Shown here in pieces: positions 40,879 to 53,412 of a DNA stretch of 64,000 nucleotides. How positions within the stretch are numbered: position 1 is the first letter of the stretch; every line of letters begins with the position of its first letter. The position numbers and the translations under genes are program-made. The notes under the pieces are model-generated. The model saw nothing but the letters and a program-made list of their open reading frames with translations. It was not told the DNA's origin and did no database searches. The stretch comes from Chloropicon primus (lineage: Eukaryota): assembly GCA_023205875.1 (NCBI GenBank), contig CP060768.1, forward strand, positions 434,001 to 498,000, written 5' to 3'.

Positions 40879-43435
40879 TCAATCGACGTAAGCTGTCAGG
40901 CTGCTCTGGAAGAACGAGGCAAAGGACTTGAGACAACTCTGGTGCTGCGCGTCGGATTTGCAAGTCACGGAAAGCATCCCTCCTCCTTGCGTCGTGTTCG
41001 CGATCAGCTCGACCAAGAACACGGCAGAGTTGTCCTCGAGCTGGGCATACTGGTAAAATTTGTACATGGGCTCCTGGCCCCCCGAGGCCATGGTGAGAAT
41101 GCCAACCGCTTTCATCTGATTGCTGAGCTCGGGCATCTTTGCCCTGACGTTTGGCGAGGAAACCGCAAAGGTCTCTTGCGCGCCAAGGGAGCCCCAAAGC
41201 TGCTGGAACTTTCCGGCATCCATGAAGGGCGAGGGGTTCAGCCTGATGCCCTGCTCCACTCCAGCTCCAGCTCCACTCGCCGGCTCCTCCACGTCCAGCA
41301 TGTCCAGCAGCGCCATGGGGTCCGCCTCAAGTCGAGTCGCCTCGGGCGTTGGGGCACCGTTCGAAGCAGCAGTCGTCGTTGTCGTCGTTGTCGCTATTGT
41401 TGCGTCGGACAGGTCATCCGACAGGTCGAGCAGGTTCGTGTCGGCGTACGCCGCCCCGCCCTTGTTCTCCCCGCCAGAGGCGTTGCCCTCCACCGCCTCG
41501 AGGTCGTAGAGGTCGTGCTCGTACTCGATCTCATTGTCGTCCGCGATAAAGTTCGTCGCCGGCTCGCTGTAAAGCGGCGACAGGCTGTTGAATTCCTTGA
41601 AGAGCGTCTCCTTGAGCTCGGAGCCAAGCTCCTCCGCAAAGGTCGCCGTCGTCGGCGGGTTGGAGCCCAGCACCTGAGCCGCGACCTGGATGTCCTTCTT
41701 GAGCAGCCTGAAGTAGAACAAGGACCTGTCGTGCACGTCCTGGTTGGCGCTCTCCGAGCCCTTCTCGAGCACGTCCGTTAGCAGCCTGTGGCACTCTGGC
41801 GGCCTCTTGAAGAAGAGCTTGGCCGCGGCCGTCAGCATCGCGAGCTGCACCCTCACCTCCTCCTCGTCAAAGGCCATCGCCATGTTCTCCAAGATGTACG
41901 GAGCCTCCTGGAGCTTGTCCCCGTGGGCCCCAAGGATCCACACGATCGCCTCCCTCGCCTCCGGGTTGACAACCTCCACAGTCCTCATCGACGCGAGGGC
42001 GTCCACGCACTTCTCTACCTGGTCGGGGAGGCACCTCATCATGTCCGCCATGACGATGTAAGTCTCCGCCGTCACGTGGTCCATCTGCATGTCCAGGAAG
42101 CTCAAGAGCCTCTCCACCAGCCCGTCTGCCGTCTGCCCGAGGTTCATGGCGATGGTTCCCACGGCCTTGATGGACTCCCTCGAGATGGTCTCGCTGGGGT
42201 CCGTGGCATACTCGCAGAGCTCGTTCACGATGTCGTACGCGTTGCTCTCGTCCGCCACGCTCGTCAGCATCCCCAGCTTCACCTTCTTCACGTGGAGAGA
42301 GTCGTTGTACCTGCAGTAGAACTGCTTGTAGTCCTGGGAGAAGAGCATGGGAGCCCTCTCCACCAGGAGCCGAAGGTGAGAGGCTACCGTGTACGAGATC
42401 TCAGGCCCCTTGTTATGCATCATGGTGAACAAGGGCCCCCTGATCCTCTCCAGCACCTGCTGGTGGATGTCAGGAATCGCGATCGTGAGATGCAAGAAGA
42501 CCTTGATCGTGGCGAGGACCAGGGCGCTGTTCGAGTGCTGGAGCCTGTCCTCCAAGACGTTCATGATGTCAAAGGTCTCCTCCCCGTCCTCGGGCCTGTA
42601 GTTCGAAACAAACTCCAGGACGGCGCACTGAGACCACTCGCTGAACTCCTTCAGGCGATTCAAAAGGGAGTACACCACAGGCTTTGTGATCAGGTCTTGC
42701 GGGTTCTTCACGATCTGCTGCAGGACGGACAGGGAGTTGGCCACCACCTGCGAGTCGGAATCGTTCGCGAACATCTCCTTCAATTTTTGTTCCAGCTCCA
42801 GCTCCTCCACCACGTTGGCGTCCAACCGGAACACCTTGAGCACCCCAAGGACGGCGGTACGCCTCACGTAAGCATCCCTGTCCGCCAAAGCCGTCTTCAG
42901 CGGCGTCAGGAGGTACTCGATCAAGTTAGGAACTCTCAGGGAGCACAAACTCCTCAACGCCAGCCCCCTGACGGTCGGGTCGCTATCTCCGCAGTCCTTT
43001 GTCAGCGTGTTCACCGCCAAGAGCGTCAGGTCGGGCTTCTGCTGGGCGTACGTGCAAATGTACAGGTAGAGCATCTTCTTCAAAACGATGTCGTTCGTGG
43101 GCGTGCTCGCGATGATCATCTGTGTGAACAGGCCGGACATGTCCACGTTGATGGTCATGTAGTGGAGTATGCTCTTGAACAGGCCTCGCTTCACCTGCAG
43201 CGCGGGGAGAAGAAAGAAAGAAAAAGAGTCAGTCCCAGTCCTGGTCGATCCCCTCTCCACGTGCCTCCCCACTTACCGTCTGCGGGTCCTTCGGAACGGC
43301 GTGGCTCTGCCCCTTTCCCGTGCTCCCACCCTTGCCGTCCTTGGGCTGAGGCAGGGTCCCCGTCTTTATGACAGCGGCCAGCTTCGCCTTCAGGTCGCTG
43401 ACCTCGCCCTTCGTCTTCATCTTGTCCCTTGGCAT
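40879..43435 (-). CDS. AP4B1: AP-4 complex subunit beta; intron 43195-43276
   Basis: DIVLKKMLYLY, DPTVRGLALRSLCSLRVPNLIEYL, QDVHDR and a beta-appendage C-terminus. Confidence 0.9.
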
Positions 43436-44144
43436 CTCGTCCTTCCGTCGTCCACGTCGCCTCCTCCTCTCTCTTCCCTCCACAACAAAACAAAACAAAA
43501 CACACACAAAAAAAGCTTTTCAGTTCCTCATTCCTCAACCCCTTTGCCATTTCTTTCCACCAAGGAGTCGAACGAAAGCTCTAGAGGTAAATCTTTCGAT
43601 CCTCAACCTCCCTCCCTCCCCCACTCCCGCCCCGGACCCTCTGCGCCCATTGCTTCAACCACTTACCCTCTCAACCAACCGGCCTCCTCCGACAACCCTA
43701 ACTCCAAAGTGATCGATCGCCAGATCACAAAAAGTGTGTTTGGTTTGCGCGCGAGGGCGCACGAGGACGAGGGGCGGAGAGCAAGGTAACGCGCGCGAGA
43801 GCTAAAGCTCGTCTCTTCCTCTTGAGCCTCGGCACCCGCCTTGCTCGAGAAGGACAAGACGACGGTTCGAGACTCACACCAACACCAACACGATTTGATT
43901 CGATTTGTCTTCTTCCCACTTTCGACAGAGGAGGAGAGGGACTCCGGACAACGGGACGGATCGAAACCGACACCACCAGCACCAACACCCGATTGTCTTC
44001 CTCTTTCGATCGAGACCGGCCATGGTGGTGGCGGCGGTGGTGCTTGCGGCGTCTGTTGCTCGGAGTGAGTGAGGAGATTATTGTTTTGGTTTTTTTGCAG
44101 CGGGTTGGTCTGCTCTCTCCTCCTCTCCTCTTCTCTCGCGCCTC

Positions 44145-46520
44145 ATGACTTTGAACGCCTCGATGGCCTCGGAGTCTGATGACGAGTTCTGGGCCAACGC
44201 CGGGGATTTCATCGACATGCTGGTCAAGGATCACACGGACGAGAGGCTGCGGCAGACGCAGACGCAGACGCAGGAGAGGCAGTCAGCCCCGGAGGAGAGG
44301 CGCCACCACCCCGTGGGGAGCAACCCCCTCGCTCCCTCGCTCCCCACCGCGAAGAATGGTGACTTGAGCAGCAGTCGGCCTCGGAGGCAGGGCCAGCTGC
44401 TGGCCCCGGTGACCAACCTGGTGCAGCAAAGCCAAGGCTCCCTGGACGTGCAGAGCCTGCTGGCGGAGAAGGACGGGACGATATCTCTCTTGAGGGACAA
44501 GCTCAGCAGGGCTGAGGTGGAGCTCTTGAAGGCCAACAGGAAGGTTCACGAGCAGAATGCCGCAGAGGTCGCTCGAAGCAGCCACGCCGCCGGCTCGGGC
44601 TTCTCCATGATGCAAAAGTCTCAGGCGTTTCACTTGGGGCAGCAAGTCCAGAAGCTCCAGCAGCAGCTGGCCTTCAAGGAGGAGGAGATCCAGGAAGCGA
44701 GGCGGCTTCGGATGCAGAGGGAGGACCGCCTGCAACAGAAGGAGGACGAGGTGATGAAGCTGGACCTTCGGCTGAAAGACCTGGAGGCCAGGAAAGCAAC
44801 CACAGAGGCGGAGTATCTCCTCAGGATGCAGCAGAGCGACATGGACGGCAGGTCGCCGAGAAAGGCTGCTGGCGGCGGCCAGGGAATCTCCAGCCCCCAG
44901 AAGAGTGCGATGAGCCCCGCCAGGATGATGGTGAGGCCCGCTCACTCGGGGCACCACGAGCAGGTCGCCTCCACGTCCGAGTCGGGCGCGTGGTTCGCGA
45001 TGCGCGAGAACCTCAAGGAGCGCGAGATGAGCGAGAGCAGAAACAGCCTCCTGTCCGAGGCGAGCGATCTCATCGCCTTCATCACGAGCCAGATGCACAG
45101 CAGGCAAGCGATGGAAGCCCAGGTGGCGCGGGACCTTTGCCTATCCATCTCCACGAATGGCAGCCTGAGGGAGATCACAAAAGTGCTCGCGAATTTTGTC
45201 CTCACGCACGCGAGCCAGTCGACGAGGAATCCGAGCGCTTACCACAAGGTGTACGCCCTCGGCAAGGGGAAGAGCTGCATGGACTCCGTCTTGCACCTGA
45301 TGCACAGGATCTTGTACATCGACCTTCCCAGCAGGAGGTACGCGGCGGACTGTGCCTCGGAGGAGAGGGTTGTCGCGATGATGGCCATCGAGAGCGGCGA
45401 CGCGAGCAATGGAGGCCCTGCTGAAGGGCAAGACCTCCTCAGGGCACTCGTGACTCTGGTGGACTGCTGCTCGGCGGCGATACTCGGAATGAGGGACTGC
45501 CGGCAGGACGCCCCGGTGGAAGTCCTGCGCAAGCTCTTCGAGCTGATGACGATGGTCGTGACCTGCTTTGAGTGCGAGGACAGGGGCAAGTTCGGGTGGA
45601 TCGTCCAAAGGCTTCTCCTCACCGATAGCGAGCCCCTTCACTCCCTCTTGTTCTCCGACAACAAGAGGAGCGGCGCGAGGAGCGGCGTCGACCTTGACCC
45701 GAGCCTCCTTCCGGCGGTGGAGACGCTGGTGTACCACCTCTTGGAGTCTCAAGCAACGGTTGGGGGTCTCGTGAGGACAGAGTCCTTGCAAGCGGCCCTC
45801 TTCCGGTTTTTGGAAAAAGCGATGGAGTTTGGATTGGAGGGGGACCAGCACGGCCTCAGGGGGGGCGGTGCGACGGCGCAGAGGAAGACGAGCTCCGACA
45901 GTCGAAGGGATTTCGTTCCCAACCGCCAAGGTTTCAGCCTCTGTGCCCTGCTGTACAAGCAAGCCTTGTGCTGCCCGGGCCTGGAGAGCCCGGGGCAGAG
46001 CATCAGCAGCATCACCCAGTCCGACCAGGACGTGGTCCTTCCTCCCGCGTTCATCGCCAGGCTCGGCAAAGCCATCGCGGGAGTGCTCAAGTTCCTTGAA
46101 GTGGTCCTGGACACCTTGAACTCGTTCAAGGAGAGGAGCCGGGGGGAGGACGTTACTCCCATCCTGTTCTCCTGCGACGAGGCTCTCGTGGCAATTCTAG
46201 AAGGCCTCGCGCTCTTGCAGCTGCTGCTGTGCGATGCTCACAACAGCGTCCTGATGTGGAACGTGACCTTCAGGCAGCCTTCCTTGGTGCGCCGGTTTTA
46301 CAACACCATGGGCCTGCTCTCTCAAGGGAACTTGCAGGCAGGCCTGTTGGACTCGAGAACGTGGGAACGCATGATATTCCCATACTTGAGTATTCCCAGC
46401 CTATTCTCGGTTCATGCCAGGGAAGCGGGCCAGGGCGGGATCCAGTCCACCGGTCCAACCGCGATGATCTCCGAGCTCGCGTCCTGGATCTACCACCAAG
46501 TCACTTCCATCCAAGACTAA
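44145..46520 (+). CDS. Coiled-coil/helical protein, possibly ATRIP/SUV2-like
   Basis: Long ORF with host-like codon usage; acidic DDEFW...FID N-terminal motif, coiled coil, then a helical region. The family call is tentative. Confidence 0.5.
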   Translation: MTLNASMASESDDEFWANAGDFIDMLVKDHTDERLRQTQTQTQERQSAPEERRHHPVGSNPLAPSLPTAKNGDLSSSRPRRQGQLLAPVTNLVQQSQGSLDVQSLLAEKDGTISLLRDKLSRAEVELLKANRKVHEQNAAEVARSSHAAGSGFSMMQKSQAFHLGQQVQKLQQQLAFKEEEIQEARRLRMQREDRLQQKEDEVMKLDLRLKDLEARKATTEAEYLLRMQQSDMDGRSPRKAAGGGQGISSPQKSAMSPARMMVRPAHSGHHEQVASTSESGAWFAMRENLKEREMSESRNSLLSEASDLIAFITSQMHSRQAMEAQVARDLCLSISTNGSLREITKVLANFVLTHASQSTRNPSAYHKVYALGKGKSCMDSVLHLMHRILYIDLPSRRYAADCASEERVVAMMAIESGDASNGGPAEGQDLLRALVTLVDCCSAAILGMRDCRQDAPVEVLRKLFELMTMVVTCFECEDRGKFGWIVQRLLLTDSEPLHSLLFSDNKRSGARSGVDLDPSLLPAVETLVYHLLESQATVGGLVRTESLQAALFRFLEKAMEFGLEGDQHGLRGGGATAQRKTSSDSRRDFVPNRQGFSLCALLYKQALCCPGLESPGQSISSITQSDQDVVLPPAFIARLGKAIAGVLKFLEVVLDTLNSFKERSRGEDVTPILFSCDEALVAILEGLALLQLLLCDAHNSVLMWNVTFRQPSLVRRFYNTMGLLSQGNLQAGLLDSRTWERMIFPYLSIPSLFSVHAREAGQGGIQSTGPTAMISELASWIYHQVTSIQD

Positions 46521-46649
46521 TAAGTATATCAAAAGTGTATAATCAAAGTTGCCTTTTTTTGTCGAACAAGGCCAAAAACTTGTAGCAGCAGGTCCTGATC
46601 CACACTCCATCGAAAGAGGAGGAAGGAGACAACAAACCACAATAGTACA

Positions 46650-47203
46650 ATGGGCTCCATCCATCCATCCGTGGCGCTGCTGCCCCCTTCCTCCGCGCAT
46701 CAATCACAATCTCATCCTCCGGCAGGGGGCGGCTCGTTCCCTCAAAGCTTTCGAGAGATCCAATCCAACAACGGCCCAGGCGGACGGGCAGAGAGAGAGG
46801 AGAGAGAGAGGGCGTTGCGTGCCATGCGCGGGAAGGGTTGTTGCGGAGCGAGGGGGAGGACGGAAGGGCGGACCTTCCCCTCGAGAGCCACGGCTCGGAA
46901 AGAGCACCAAGGCACGAGGCGTGCGAGGTGCAGAGCCTCGAAGGGGGACAAGGGCGAGGTCTGGCTGCTGGACTACGGCGCTGGCAATGTGCGAAGCATC
47001 CGTAACGCGATCAAGTACCTCGGTTACACGATCAGGGACGTGGAGTCTCCCAAGGACTTGGGCCGTGCCGAGGTGGAGAAGCTCGTGTTCCCCGGCGTGG
47101 GTGCCTTCGGGAGCGCCATGGGAGAGCTCAACAGGAGGGGATACGTGGAGGCACTGCGCGAATACATCAAGGTAAGTCCCACAGCAGCAACCGACTGTTG
47201 ATG

Positions 47204-47243
<40 letters not shown>

Positions 47244-48860
47244 CGGAGACAGACAGAGACAGAGAGAGCGTTTTCTTTTCTCCTGGCTTTGTCATTCCTG
47301 ACCTGACAAGCTTTGCTGCTTCTTTTGTGCCATCATCATCAACAACAACATCATCAACAACAACAACAACAGAGCGACCGGCCCTTCTTTGGCATCTGCA
47401 TTGGGATGCAAGTCCTGTACGAGGGGAGCGAGGAGAGCGATGGGGTGGAAGGTCTTGGAGTCCTCAAGGGCGTGGTGAAGAAGTTCGACTCCGCGCCAGG
47501 AAAGCCGGTGCCGCACATTGGTTGGAACACGATCACCGTCGAGAAGGAGAAGAGCTTGTTCATTCCAAAGGAAGACTACCAGGACGCGAGGCTCTACTTT
47601 GTGCACTCTTACCACGGGGTCGAGGCCCAACCCAATTTCGTCAACCCCACGGCGTCCTCCTCGAGCTGCGACGACCAGGACTGGCTCCTCGCCCAGGGAA
47701 AATACTACGATGATCGTTTCGTGGCCGCGGTGAGCAACGGTTCGAACGTTTTCGCGACGCAATTCCACCCGGAGAAGAGCGGCGCGGTCGGCCTGTCTCT
47801 GATGGACAACTTTTTGTCGGCGGGGGAGAGCCAGGCTGCGAGGGGGCAGAGCCTGGCCTCCGCGACGGGGGACGAGAGCGGGGACCTCAGCCTGGCCAAG
47901 CGCGTCATCGCCTGCCTGGACGTGAGAAGCAACGACAACGGTGATCTGGTGGTCACCAAAGGGGATCAGTACGACGTGAGGGAGGCAAAGGGGGAGGGCG
48001 GGGAGGGGGACGGGGACGTGAGAAACTTGGGCAAGCCCGTGGAGCTTGCCACAAAGTACTTCACTTGGGGGGCCGACGAAGTGACCTTCTTGAACATCAC
48101 CGGGTTCCGGGACTTCCCTTTGGGCGACTTGCCGATGCTCGAGGTCCTCAAGCAAACGAGCGAGAAGGTCTTCGTGCCCCTCACCGTTGGGGGCGGGATC
48201 CGGGAGTTCACCGACTCCGAGGGCAAGTTTTACTCGAGCCTGGACGTGGCGAGCGAGTACTTTCAGTCCGGTGCCGACAAAATCTCCATCGGGAGCGAGG
48301 CCGTGCACGCTGCGGAGGATTACTTTGGGGGCGGGAAGCAGCTCAGCGGGTCCACGAGCATAGAGCAGATCTCCGAAAAGTACGGCAAGCAGGCCGTGGT
48401 CATCAGCATTGACCCGAGGAGGGTGTACGTGAAAGATCCGGCGGACTGCGCGCCCCTGAAGGCGGTGAAGACGGAAATTCTGGGCCCCGGGGGCGAGGAG
48501 TACTGCTGGTGGCAGTGCACGGTCAAGGGGGGGAGGGAGGGCAGGCAGATTGGCGCCTACGAGGTGGCCTTGGCGGTGGAGGCCCTAGGAGCGGGAGAAA
48601 TTCTGCTCAACTGCATCGACAGGGACGGGACGGGCGACGGCTTTGACCTCGAGCTCGTGGATCTCATCTCCTCGGCGGTGAACATCCCTGTGATCGCCTC
48701 CAGCGGCGCCGGATCCTCCCAGCACTTTATCGATGTCTTCCGAGCAACCAACGCTAGCGCGGCTCTGGCCGCCGGCATCTTTCACAGGGAGGAGGTTGAG
48801 ATACGGGAGATCAAGGCCCACATGGTTGAGTCGGGCATCCCCACTCGCTCCCAAGATTAA
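46650..48860 (+). CDS. HISN4: Plastid imidazole glycerol phosphate synthase HisHF; intron 47172-47372
   Basis: LDYGAGNVRS, GICIGMQ, QFHPEKSG, LAKRVIACLDVR, GAGEILLNCID. Confidence 0.95.
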
Positions 48861-49386
48861 GAAGAAGATGATGATGAAGGAAATGATGAAGGAGACAGGC
48901 AGGCGGGCGGGTGGGCGGGCAGGCAGGCATTGTTGTTGTTGTTGTTGTTCCTATTGTAAAACAATCTTAGGCCTTTTCGAGAGAGCCAGTCTCTTTCTCC
49001 TCCGGGCTGTGAGCAAACCCATCGGAAATCAAGGTGCCTTCGAGAGAGCAACAAGAGAAGGAGATGGAGCGATCGAGATGGTGGCCGGACTGGGACCCAA
49101 TCTTGAGCATCTATGCCATCTTTGCCTTTACTCCTCATCAATATCGATCGATGCCGACACGAGACCGCCGCGTGCGTTACAAAGAAAGCAAGCGGCAGAT
49201 CCATTCATTTCTTGATGAATACGAAAGCAATGGAGAGAGTAATCAAGTCCTCCCCTTTCCTTTTATATGGCTCCCCCTTGCCCTCTTCCCCTTCTGCATC
49301 AGCATCATCACTCCATCCATCCATCCTCGTCGCAGCAGTTGGTTGCCTCTTTGTCGAGAGGCCCGCCATGAAAAAGAAAGGAAAGG

Positions 49387-50817
49387 ATGGCGAGCGGCGG
49401 GGGGTTCATTGCAGCGAACGGGGAGCTTCTCCGGGCGGCGCTTCTGGAGTCGAACGTGAGGGACGACGGCAGGAACGTCCGAGAGTCGCGAGGCGTGTCT
49501 CTCGAGCTGTCTCACGGGTTTCAGGAGGTCGCGCGACCGAACGACGGCGTGGGAGGAAAGCAGGTGGTGACGACTGCGAGCGTCCAGGTGGGGAGGACGA
49601 GGGTGTCCTCGACAGTGTCCGCCGCGGTGGACGAGCCACCGATCGACAGGGCGCACGAGGGGACCCTGACGATCTTCGTGGACTGCGAGAGAGACCTCGT
49701 GGAGGCGGCGGGGACCCAAGCAACGCACTCCGAAGTGACCGGTGAAGTCGCCCGGAGTCTCGATCAGGTGCTCAAGCACTGCAGGGCGGTGGACCTCGAG
49801 TCCTTGTGCATTGTGCCGGGAAGGCACGCTTGGGCGATTCGCGTCGATATCAGGGTGCTCGAGCTGGACGGCAACGTCCTCGACGCGGCGACAATAGCAG
49901 CGGTGGCCTCGATAAAGGCGTTCAAGAGGCCCGAGATTAAATTCAGGGAGAGCGAGGGGTCCACCGAGAGGGTGACGGTGGTCCCCCTGGAGGAGCGCGA
50001 TGGCGTGAGGCTGACGGTCCACCACACCCCGTTTACCGTGTCGTTCGTGGCGTTCAGGAAGCAGCACAAGCAAGGGGATTGGCCGGACGAGGGGGACAAG
50101 GACGCGGAGGGCGGGGAGGACCTTGAGATGGACGAAGGCTCGAGCTCCGAGGAGGAGGCGGAGGACATGAGGGCGAACTTCGTGTACGCCATCGACGCTA
50201 CCCTCGCGGAAGAGGCCATATGCGACGCCAAGGTGGTGGTCGCAGCCGACTCGGAGGGGTACGTGCGCCTGGTCAGAAAGTATGGAGGCTGCCCGCTGCC
50301 CAAGGGGGACCTGACTCTGCTGGGAAGGCTCGCTTGCATCAGAGCGAGGGAGCTCGGGGCCTACGTAGAGGCCAAGTGCAAAGCCTTTGACTTGGAGGAG
50401 AAGCAGAACAGAATCAGGAGGAAGGCCAACGCTGGTCCGAGCCTGGCGCTCGCCGGGGGGAAGGAGACCAGGGAGCACGCCAGGAGACAGGTCCTCGCGA
50501 CCCCCGGAAAGCTCGGTGAGGTGGTCGAGGTGGTGGAGTTTGGATTAGAGGGGGACCTTGGGCTGGATTCAGAGGACGAGGATGTGGGCACCACCAACGG
50601 GGAGGGCTTTGAAGCTGGCGCCGGGACCGGGGGAGGGGCCGTGGTGATCGGCGTGCAGGCACCTACGTCGTCGAGGCCGTCGTCCGAAAAAATGAGGGGC
50701 GTCGTCGTGCCCTCGGGGAAACCTCGCGGCGGGGAGGCAGGGAAGGACAACTCGGGGGGATCGAGCCCAAAGCGCTTGAGGGACGCTTTCACTCCGGAGT
50801 TTCTGAGACGGTCTTGA
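49387..50817 (+). CDS. RRP45: Exosome complex RNase PH-like subunit, RRP45-like
   Basis: RDDGR, VQVGRTRV, AVDLESLCIVPGRHAWAIRVD, DGNVLDA, FKRPE, LTVHHTP. Confidence 0.82.
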   Translation: MASGGGFIAANGELLRAALLESNVRDDGRNVRESRGVSLELSHGFQEVARPNDGVGGKQVVTTASVQVGRTRVSSTVSAAVDEPPIDRAHEGTLTIFVDCERDLVEAAGTQATHSEVTGEVARSLDQVLKHCRAVDLESLCIVPGRHAWAIRVDIRVLELDGNVLDAATIAAVASIKAFKRPEIKFRESEGSTERVTVVPLEERDGVRLTVHHTPFTVSFVAFRKQHKQGDWPDEGDKDAEGGEDLEMDEGSSSEEEAEDMRANFVYAIDATLAEEAICDAKVVVAADSEGYVRLVRKYGGCPLPKGDLTLLGRLACIRARELGAYVEAKCKAFDLEEKQNRIRRKANAGPSLALAGGKETREHARRQVLATPGKLGEVVEVVEFGLEGDLGLDSEDEDVGTTNGEGFEAGAGTGGGAVVIGVQAPTSSRPSSEKMRGVVVPSGKPRGGEAGKDNSGGSSPKRLRDAFTPEFLRRS

Positions 50818-51031
50818 ATTGTTGTCAAGAAAAAAAATGAAGAAGAATCAATTGAAGTACAATCATACACTTATCAAAGCTTGAACGGGCGCCAGTATTA
50901 TATTGTTGTGTTGTTGAAAAAAATTTTCTGGCGTCCGCAAGAAAAACAAAAACCAATGAAGAATTTTCTTTTCTTTTTTCTGCGGCGTCGCGGGATCGAT
51001 CGTTGAACGATCTACACCGACGAGACCCCCC

Positions 51032-52456
51032 TTACTCGTTGTCCTGGTCGGAAGGAGGCTTCTCCATGATCGAATTCAGGGCCGGGGCTTGCAGAGGATT
51101 TTGGAATCCCTGGCCGCCCGAAGCCTGAAACCCGGCAGACTGCTGGCCTTGCTGAACCATGGAGGGCAAGGAGGGCGTGCTGTTCACATTCTTGAGGGAT
51201 CCCACGGGCTTGATGATCTGGTTCTGGTGAGCCAGCATCATGTGGTGGCCGTCCACCTGGTTCAAGGACCCCAGAATGCCGGGGGCGAACCCCGCCGTTC
51301 CCAAAGTCGCCGAGGGCCTGCTGGGCACTGGCTTGAAGACGTGGCCGCTCTCGAGGTTGTTGCTGTTGGTGGTGGAGGACTGCCCGCCGCCGAGCTGGTT
51401 CAGGTTCGGGGCGCTCGCGCTCTTCGTCAGCGTCGAAGTCAGGTCGTTCGACGACAGGGACCTGGCCCCGAGGCCTCCGCTGAACTGCGGCATGGTCGAC
51501 AAGAGCGCCATGGCTTGCATGAAGGCCATGGGGTTCTGCGCCATGGCGGCTTGCTGGGTCAGGTTCATCTGCTGCTGGCTCGCCGCCGCCTGCTGAAGCA
51601 TGAGCTGCAGCTCGAGGGGCGACGCCGGGCTGGCGCCGTAAAGGGCCTGCTGCTGGCTTGCCATGAGCATGAACGGGTTGGCCAGGTAGGGGTTGAAGGT
51701 TCCCTGGGGCGGGCTGGTGCCGAGCACCGAGGTCCCCGGGTAGCTCTCCGGCAGGCAAGCCCCCTCCCTCTTCACCTCCTGACTGGCCGAGCCCCCCTCG
51801 TCGAAGGACGACTTCCTCTTGTGGGTGTCTAGGTTATAAATGTTCGCAGAGTACGACTGGTTGAAGGCCTGCTCGAGGGCCGTGAACCTCGACTTCCTCT
51901 TCGTGGCCCCCGTGACCCTGAGGAAGTGCTTCTGGGCGTGGGAAGCGACCTGGGTGGGGGTTCTCGTGGGCACGAACTTCTTGGAGATCCCCCTCCAGTT
52001 TCCCTTGCCGAGGACCTTGAGGCCGTCGAGAAAGGCCACGTGCTCCGCCTCGGTCCAGGGGGTCCCCTTCCGCCCCTGGTTCTTGCCGCTGTTGTTGTTG
52101 GCGCCACCAGCCCCCGCGATGGTGGAAGAGCCCCCCTTCGCCACGGACGTCGACGCGGGCTGGCCCCCCTCTCCCGGGTCGCGCGGCGTTCGGACGGGCG
52201 ACGAGGTCTCCTCCCCCGAGCAAGGCCCCTCCTCCGCAGGAGGAGGGGGAGGGGCGGGAGGGGGTGCCGGAGGAGAGCTGGTCAACAAGTTGTCCATCAA
52301 GTTGTCCTGCGACTTGACCTGCTCCGACACGGTGGAGGCCGAGGAGCCCGGCGCCTTGCCGCCATGGAGCTCCTGCGATGAAGACTGAGACTGAGACTGA
52401 GTAGCAGTAGGAGTAGGGGTAGGAGTAGCTCGCATGGAGACCACCGTCGTCGTCAT
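51032..52456 (-). CDS. MYB-related transcription factor (SHAQKYF class)
   Basis: KGTPWTEAEH...LGKGNWRGIS...RTPTQVASHAQKHF. Confidence 0.92.
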   Translation of the reverse strand: MTTTVVSMRATPTPTPTATQSQSQSSSQELHGGKAPGSSASTVSEQVKSQDNLMDNLLTSSPPAPPPAPPPPPAEEGPCSGEETSSPVRTPRDPGEGGQPASTSVAKGGSSTIAGAGGANNNSGKNQGRKGTPWTEAEHVAFLDGLKVLGKGNWRGISKKFVPTRTPTQVASHAQKHFLRVTGATKRKSRFTALEQAFNQSYSANIYNLDTHKRKSSFDEGGSASQEVKREGACLPESYPGTSVLGTSPPQGTFNPYLANPFMLMASQQQALYGASPASPLELQLMLQQAAASQQQMNLTQQAAMAQNPMAFMQAMALLSTMPQFSGGLGARSLSSNDLTSTLTKSASAPNLNQLGGGQSSTTNSNNLESGHVFKPVPSRPSATLGTAGFAPGILGSLNQVDGHHMMLAHQNQIIKPVGSLKNVNSTPSLPSMVQQGQQSAGFQASGGQGFQNPLQAPALNSIMEKPPSDQDNE

Positions 52457-53412
52457 CGATCAGGCCTGCTGCTGCTGCTGCTGCTGTTGTTGTTGCTGCT
52501 GCTTTTGTTTTGTTGTTGTCCAGGATCCTCCTCCTAGCAAACCACCACCTCGACCACCATGAGAATCTCGCACGTACGTACGTACGAACGAACGAAAGAA
52601 GGAACGATCAAGATCGATACCAATCCGCCGCGCGTGCGCGTGCGTGCAGCTGGATGGAGGCGGCGATCCCTATCCGCGGATGGGTACGTCAGCACTACAG
52701 CACAAGAGAGAGAGACCGAAGACCGACAGAGCCCGAGGCTCGGTTACGGTAAAGAGAGCGGCCGCGCTCGGTAGCGAGCGAGGTCGAGAGCAATACTCTT
52801 CCGTGGTCGTGGTAGGGACTCACCTCCGTCGTGGTTGTTGTCTTCGTCGTCGCTCTGGTTCTGTGCGTCGTCGTCGTCCGTCGCTTTGGTCCAGATCCAG
52901 TTTGAGCGAATGAACAGATCTCGAGCACGGGGGGAAAACGTCTGAGGGCCGTCCAGTTAGGATCAGTGTCAAAAGAGTAAGAAAGAGTGTACGAAAAGAG
53001 GAGGGTTCTGAGCCTCAACTTTAGGATAAGGTCCAACCCCTCGGAGGAGGAGGAGGAGGAGGACCACGACCATTCACGACGACCAGGACCAGGACGACGG
53101 AGAGGTGAGGCCGGGGATGGAAAATTTCTTTCTATTTTATGAATCGTCGCGTCTCGTCGCGTCTCGTCTCGCTTTGACGGGTTCTTCTTATTCTTTTGAT
53201 TTTGATGTTGATGGTGTTTTGGTGTTTTTGCTGACAATGACGACGACGACGACGCTTGCTCTTCGTGTTCTTCTCTTATTTTCTCTTCTTCTTGTTGGCA
53301 CCTGCAGCATTCCCTTGTGCGTGCTTGCGTGCGTGCGTGTGTGATCCCTCTCTCTCTCTCTCTCTGCTTCTTCTTCTTCTTTGTTGATTGATTTCGGGTG
53401 GGTTTCGTCAGC

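Noticed and set aside
3939..43435. AP-4 sigma and beta genes in one window as a functional cluster
   Set aside because: They are ~36 kb apart with many unrelated genes in between; chance is sufficient.
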